DNA of 64,000 nucleotides from Planctomycetota bacterium (GTDB lineage Bacteria; Planctomycetota; PLA2; JAEUHO01): NCBI GenBank assembly GCA_965222115.1, contig CBDCTJ010000007.1, positions 2,528,001 to 2,592,000 of the forward strand, read 5' to 3'. Shown piece by piece: positions 58,855 to 64,000 of this stretch (position 1 is its first letter; each line of letters starts with the position of its first letter). The notes under the pieces were generated by a model. It saw only the letters and a program-made list of their open reading frames with translations, ran no database searches and was not told where the DNA came from. The position numbers and the translations under genes were made by a program.

Positions 58855-61103
58855 CTAGCGATCGTCTCCAACTTCTTGAAGCAAACGACGCAAGCGTCGC
58901 TCGACTTCGGGGTCTTTGGTGAGCCGCAGGGCCTGTTCCATGGGCAAACGCGCCACGTCGCCCATCTCTTGCAGTTTGACGTAGGCGGCTTCGCGGCGTT
59001 CCCAACTGTTGGCACCAAGATCCTGAATGGTCTTGGTGAGGCGCGACAGGAGCGCATCCGGTATGACGGGTGTGGGTACGTGGACTTCCACAATATCTCG
59101 CACGGGAATCATCATGCGCCCCCGATCGGTCTCGAAGGGCAACAACACTTCTTCCAACGTGCCAAAGATCTGTCCGCCGCCCCAAATCTCTGCCTGAAAC
59201 TGGGGAACGAACAGAGGATCTTCGGGGTCGCCCTCTTCGGCGTTTCGCATGACGCGCATCTGGCTGGGGGACACGGGCAGTGTCTCCCCGGCGGCACGGA
59301 AGTGGAGCGTGTCCAAATCCACGCGGCCCAATATCACGTCCCCACCACTGAGAATCGCGTGGGGGCGCATGGCGGCGTCATCGTCTTCGCCGGAATGATC
59401 CTCGCGATGAAATGACGACTCTTCGGATTGGTCGCGTTCAATCGGCTCTTCGTATTGCAGTGCGCGGAGCTCATGTCCCTTGAGTTCAATCTTCCCAAGC
59501 AGTTTGTTTTCAAGTGCGAGGGAGGAAGCGCGCAAAAACGCGCGCAGCCGCGTGCCGTCTTTCAGTTGGACCATATAGCCGGGGTAGTCGTCGTCGAGAG
59601 GACGAATCATTCGTATATCTTCAAGCGGGAGATCGAGTGGACCCCACGATGTGGCAATACCCAAAGATCCGGTCGTCTTCATGCTGCGCAACACGAGTCC
59701 TGCGCGCGTCATCACCATCCAGCTGTCTTTGGGGTCACTGTCTTTGGGGTCAGTGTCATTCACGTCACTGCCCTTGGAATCACCGCTTTCGGGATCCGCA
59801 CCGTCTTTATCATCGATCGGGTCATCGATCGGGTCGAGTAGGCTGGGCCCGCGTCGTTTATCGGCCGACTTGGTCATGACCAATCGGTCGAGGCGATCAA
59901 TTGAGAGATCCACCGTTGCGCCGCTCGTCATATCAAACCGCAGGTCCGTGGCTTCCAAATCGCCGAGCAGGCGTTGTCCGTCACGCAGATACACGCGCGG
60001 CGAAAGGGCTGTGTTTCGTAACCCGACGATTGCAGCAACGTCCTTCATCGGCACGTCAACCGTGCCGTGATCCGTCAATACGGCCAGGCGGCTGCACGCG
60101 GCTTTGCCCTGCACCAGGGTTTGTTTGCCAAGTGCGAGGACGTCAAAATTTGTGGGCGTGAGGCCCAGTTCCGACTCGATTGATGGGGTAAGACCGCCCT
60201 CCGAGCTACCCCAGCCGCCACGTCCCACGTTGACCAAGCTCTTACGCACGGATCGCGGGAGATCTCGCGTCCATCGTGAGCCGTTGAAGTGACGAAACTC
60301 GCGAGCGACCTTGTCCTTTTTCAATGTGGGCTTCGAAACGATGCGCGCACCCAGCATGATGCCAATCGTGCGGCCCGGCTGAATGGTCACGGAGTAACTG
60401 AAGTTGAGCGACTGATTGTTGTTGTTGGTTCGGAAGAACGGCTTCACACTGCTCTTAGGAGAGCGCAGATACCAAAATACGTGCCCGTTGATATTGCCTT
60501 GGACCCGCGCGTAAACGCCCACATCCTTCGCGGTCATCTGCCGCGAACCCGATTGACCGGAGGACGTGAGCATGGACGACGGTCGCACATTGAGATGGCC
60601 CATCACATTGTGTGTGATCTTCATTGGGGCTTTGGACGTGTTGGTCACGCGATCGACGAGTCGTGCACCTCGAAGTTTGGGGTGAACTTTGAGTCGTCGT
60701 TCCACCGTGAATCTGCCACAGCGGCCCCGCAGGACGTACTCGCTGCCATCCGGCGTCATCATGGGCGGCTGGGACGGTTGAAACTGCTGTCCGTTGATGT
60801 TCATGTTGGAGAGCAGATAGCTATTGTTGACGTGGGCGCGCCCATGCGCATCGCACGTCCACGTGGCGCCACCCCCCGCGTTCTTCGCGCCCCACTTTGC
60901 TGGGACCAGGCGTTCCTTTGCCGTGGCGTGGGTGGGCATCCCGATCCATGCTGTCAACGCGATGGTGACGAGACACAACGACCTTGTTAGATGTCGCTTT
61001 GTAGAATCAGCTCGCTGAGGTAGATCGTCGAGTCGGGCAATCAACGTGTTGGTGTCCTTGGTATCTGGTTGACGACTGGGATGGGCTGGCTGTTGGATAC
61101 GCA
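58855..61103 (-). CDS. Exported hypothetical protein, paralog of 61109..63427, with C-terminal HEAT-like helix pair
   Basis: Signal peptide (SLCLVTIALTAWIGMPTHATA); beta-rich domain; repeated (L)xxGxxLxG modules; LGANSWERREAAY..L HEAT-like end. Start is uncertain. Confidence 0.65.
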
Positions 61104-61108
61104 CGTGG

Positions 61109-63427
61109 TTAAGGCGCCTTCGGAGGGCTCGGCGCCTTCTTCGGGGGTGCGACGGGGGCGGGTGGGGGTGCCTTAGGCTTACTCGGCACAGCCTGAGACT
61201 TTGGTGGCGCCGATGTTTCTTCCGGCGCGTCCTTCTTCTTGGCTTCCTTTTCACCCGTACCGTTCGACTTGCCTTCAGCGTCCTCTTTCACGGTTTTTTC
61301 AGGAATTCGATCGTTCACCGCAGCGCTCATAATGTGGGTGGCCGGGACATTCCAAACGCCATACGCTGTCTTGACGGGGACGACCTGCGTGCGCAAGACA
61401 CCCGGCGACTTTTCGCCGGATGTAGATACCCAATTGATGGCGAGGCCCGCCGACTCACGGGCCTTCTTGTCGCGGGCAAATGTATGCACGATGGACACGG
61501 GAATATCTCTCGCGCGCTTCCCGTTGCTTATCTTTAGCGATTTTAACTCGATGGTTCCGGCTAACCGCGCGCCTCCAATCAACTCGATAAACTTCGTCTT
61601 GGCCTTGGGGGACTTCGATCCGTCCGCTTCGGTTGACTTGGCTTCCGTTGATTTCGTATCGGAGTCTGCTGTATTGGAATCATCGGCATTGGAATCATCC
61701 GTGGCGGAATCCTCGCCGTTGTCCGTCACGGTGCGATAGACGGCCGCAATGTCGCCAATCTTGAGTTTCGCCTTCGCGAATCGTTTGGGCGTGAACGGCG
61801 CGTCGCCTGCTGTGAGCGCTGCGGGAAAGCGCGAGCCGAGCCGATCGACAACCCAATACGACGGGTATGGTTCCAGCGAATGCCCCATGTGAACGATGTC
61901 TGCCGGACGGGCATCAAATTCGCCCCACGGAGCAATGCCTTTTATGTTCACGTCATTATTGGTCGCCGCGAGACATTTTGATCCGTCGAGCAGTCGAAGA
62001 AATACTTCGTCCTTCGCCAATCGCGCGCCGTCCGATTCCTTGTAGCGAAGTACGAGCAACTCCATCGAGTCCACGCGAACCGGAATCACGAGGCCTGAAC
62101 TGGTCTTGATGGTGAGAACACCTTGCGGCTTGATGTCGCCCGTAAAGATCTCGCCGTTGCGGAGTAATAGGCGGGTGGGGAATCCCTCGCCTCGTCCCCC
62201 AACGATTGCGGCGACGTCATCCGCTGGAACCGTAATGGAGCCCATCCGCGAACGGATGGCCATGGGGCTTGCGGTGACCTCTCCGCCGAGTTCCTGACCA
62301 TCATCCAAGATCAACGTGTCGGCATTGTCTACGCGTTCGAGGCCACGTGCCTTTAGGAGGCTATCCAGCTCGACCAACGCACCTTCGGCGATCGCCACCG
62401 TGCCAGAAAAGGACTTGCCCGCTTGCAAATTGTCGATGGGGCCAACCAGAGGCTGAAGTTTGAGGCTGGCTGTGGCTGCCACGTCGAGCGGTTTGAGGAG
62501 CGTCGTGGCGGCCTCGGCGCTGGGTTGTGCGTCGAGGTGTCGCTGAGCAATCGTGATGCACACCGACCGCGACTTGCCGGGTGGAAGCTTTAGGTTGTAG
62601 AGAAAGTTGTAGTAGCGGTGGGATCCTTCCACCGAGAGATTGGGTCGATTGCCCGCTCCAAGGGCACAAAGATGAAACACAACAGACGGTCGACTTTGCC
62701 GGTTGCGGTAGGCGACAATCCCCGTTTCGTCCTTTCCAAGGGGGCCGCTCATGGCCACCCGTCCCGTGTTGCTTACCGTGTTTTGTGCCGAAGAGCCAAG
62801 GGTTGAGCGGTAGGCAATCGACAGGTCGTGTCGTGCTCGAGACGTATTCGTGAACGTGTCGATGTATCGCAGCAAGGCGTTCTTCTTATCAAAGAGCATG
62901 CGCCGGCGAATCTCGACGGGTGCCGCGGTGCTTGTACCGGTCACGACCATCTCGCCACCGGGCTTGGTCTTCTTCACCTCGCCGGACGTGGACCAGTTTT
63001 TTCCGTTTACGGAGAGCGACATGGCGGTGTCGAAGCAGTCACTGGTCCCATCGCCGATCTCACCTTTGTTGTTGGGATCCCAGTTCATCTTCAAACTGTC
63101 TTTGCCGCTGAACTCTTTGATGCCGGAGCTCACCAATGTCTCGACGAGCTTCTTCTTTGCAGCGCCCTTCTTCTTCGCGGCGACCTTTGCTGATTTGGCT
63201 TTGGGGGCGGGCGCGCCTCCGCGTGGCGCTCCCCAGGCAGGGGACAGCGGCCATGCGACACACACTACCCCTAACGCCATGGCCAAGCTGTGAGCCATGA
63301 CCCTGAGCCCCATGACCCTGAGCCGTGGATGTATGCGCGGACGTATGCAGTTTTGCAGTGGGTGCGTCTTGGGGTGGCCCGAGGGTTCGCGCATGGATGG
63401 TGCGCATCGGGAGAGAGGCAGATGCAT
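61109..63427 (-). CDS. Exported hypothetical protein, first gene of the MoxR operon
   Basis: Signal peptide (MALGVVCVAWPLSPAWG); similar to the next gene (RRMLFDKKNALLRYIDTFTNTS vs RRLKVHPKLRGARLVDRVTNTS); repeated LxxGxxxxG modules. True start is probably near 63298. Confidence 0.65.
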   Translation of the reverse strand: MHLPLSRCAPSMREPSGHPKTHPLQNCIRPRIHPRLRVMGLRVMAHSLAMALGVVCVAWPLSPAWGAPRGGAPAPKAKSAKVAAKKKGAAKKKLVETLVSSGIKEFSGKDSLKMNWDPNNKGEIGDGTSDCFDTAMSLSVNGKNWSTSGEVKKTKPGGEMVVTGTSTAAPVEIRRRMLFDKKNALLRYIDTFTNTSRARHDLSIAYRSTLGSSAQNTVSNTGRVAMSGPLGKDETGIVAYRNRQSRPSVVFHLCALGAGNRPNLSVEGSHRYYNFLYNLKLPPGKSRSVCITIAQRHLDAQPSAEAATTLLKPLDVAATASLKLQPLVGPIDNLQAGKSFSGTVAIAEGALVELDSLLKARGLERVDNADTLILDDGQELGGEVTASPMAIRSRMGSITVPADDVAAIVGGRGEGFPTRLLLRNGEIFTGDIKPQGVLTIKTSSGLVIPVRVDSMELLVLRYKESDGARLAKDEVFLRLLDGSKCLAATNNDVNIKGIAPWGEFDARPADIVHMGHSLEPYPSYWVVDRLGSRFPAALTAGDAPFTPKRFAKAKLKIGDIAAVYRTVTDNGEDSATDDSNADDSNTADSDTKSTEAKSTEADGSKSPKAKTKFIELIGGARLAGTIELKSLKISNGKRARDIPVSIVHTFARDKKARESAGLAINWVSTSGEKSPGVLRTQVVPVKTAYGVWNVPATHIMSAAVNDRIPEKTVKEDAEGKSNGTGEKEAKKKDAPEETSAPPKSQAVPSKPKAPPPAPVAPPKKAPSPPKAP

Positions 63428-63745
63428 TGAGCGCGATCCTCCAAGCCTAGAAGACTACCGATATCGCGAGTGTTGATATCGCGCGAGGTTTCCATCTCGC
63501 AAAGTCCTCGCTAGATCGTACGGGAAAGCACGGGGCCGGTTCACCTCGAAACCGTCGTAAGTAGGCAAAAAATAGCGCTTTCGGCGCGTTGCGCCCGCAC
63601 CCCGTGTCACGAAACGAACGAACAGGATGAAAACTGGACATAGGCGTTGGACGCCCGGCATCTCGGCGACTTGCTACGACCGTCTCGGATACGATTCGCG
63701 CCCGACGTTCTGTAGCGCCACCGCAACTCAGAAGGACAACGTTCC

Positions 63746-64000
63746 ATGCCGCAGTCTCATAGTAACGCCGCCTCATCTCGCTGGCATCCACCGGTGGAAC
63801 ATAGGTATTTGGTCCCCATGGACGGGACATTCGAACAGGCCACGGCGCCGACCTCGCCACCGAAGGGCGACGACGATCGCAAGCGCAACAAGAAGCGGCT
63901 GCGAAAGCGTGTTGAGCAATTGGGCGAACTGCAGGAACTGCTCTATGCGCATGATCGATACTCGGTATTGCTCGTGTTTCAGGCGATGGACGCGGCGGGC
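63746..64000 (+). CDS. Polyphosphate kinase 2 family protein (5' part, runs off the window)
   Basis: Hand translation MPQSHS...LGELQELLYAHDRYSVLLVFQAMDAAG matches the PPK2 Walker-A lead-in; GAAGGA RBS. Confidence 0.88.
   Translation, partial: MPQSHSNAASSRWHPPVEHRYLVPMDGTFEQATAPTSPPKGDDDRKRNKKRLRKRVEQLGELQELLYAHDRYSVLLVFQAMDAAG

Noticed and set aside
63296-63324. Tandem 14-bp repeat CATGACCCTGAGCC (15-bp period)
   Set aside because: A short in-frame duplication near a signal-peptide start; no evidence of function.
63447-63860. 137-aa minus-strand ORF
   Set aside because: It overlaps the PPK2 start on the opposite strand and the promoter region; no motif.
1-64000. Genome-wide TGA reassignment (code 4 or 25) as the explanation for the in-frame TGAs
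   Set aside because: folA, dapD, DUF455, CYTH and the ISL3 transposase end at TGA at expected lengths, and long genes lack internal TGA.
1-64000. tRNA-Sec, other tRNA or rRNA genes, and sel genes
   Set aside because: None recognised by eye in this window; any Sec machinery must lie elsewhere.

Overview
A 64 kb GC-rich bacterial window, most consistent with a Planctomycetota/PVC-type genome (inferred from a BBP7-like beta-barrel, a kinase-linked ECF sigma factor and a MoxR/vWA/DUF58 cluster). From left to right it holds: housekeeping genes (thyA-folA, dapD-dapE); a DUF455/ATP-grasp/CYTH/aryl-CoA monooxygenase run; an Rhs polymorphic-toxin island (HEAT protein, full-length membrane-anchored Rhs, one orphan Rhs module, large putative partner/immunity genes); an intact ISL3 with 8-bp target duplication plus an inverted ISL3 left-end remnant; an M48 peptidase, ABC-F, Ser/Thr kinase + ECF, sdaA, BaiN-like oxidoreductase and an HD-GYP pair; and a ~18 kb minus-strand MoxR-vWA operon. 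The standout observation is in that operon. The ORFs 57361..58812 and 56794..57102 are in the same frame and are separated only by a Gly/Ser/Pro-rich linker containing three in-frame TGA codons (contexts C-U-P-N-C, GGT-U-KSG, GGT-U-SGS). Each TGA is followed at SECIS-like spacing by a G-loop hairpin. This suggests one ~672-aa multi-selenocysteine membrane protein in a MoxR chaperone/vWA system. It is an inference and needs homolog alignment and confirmation of selABC(D) in the genome.
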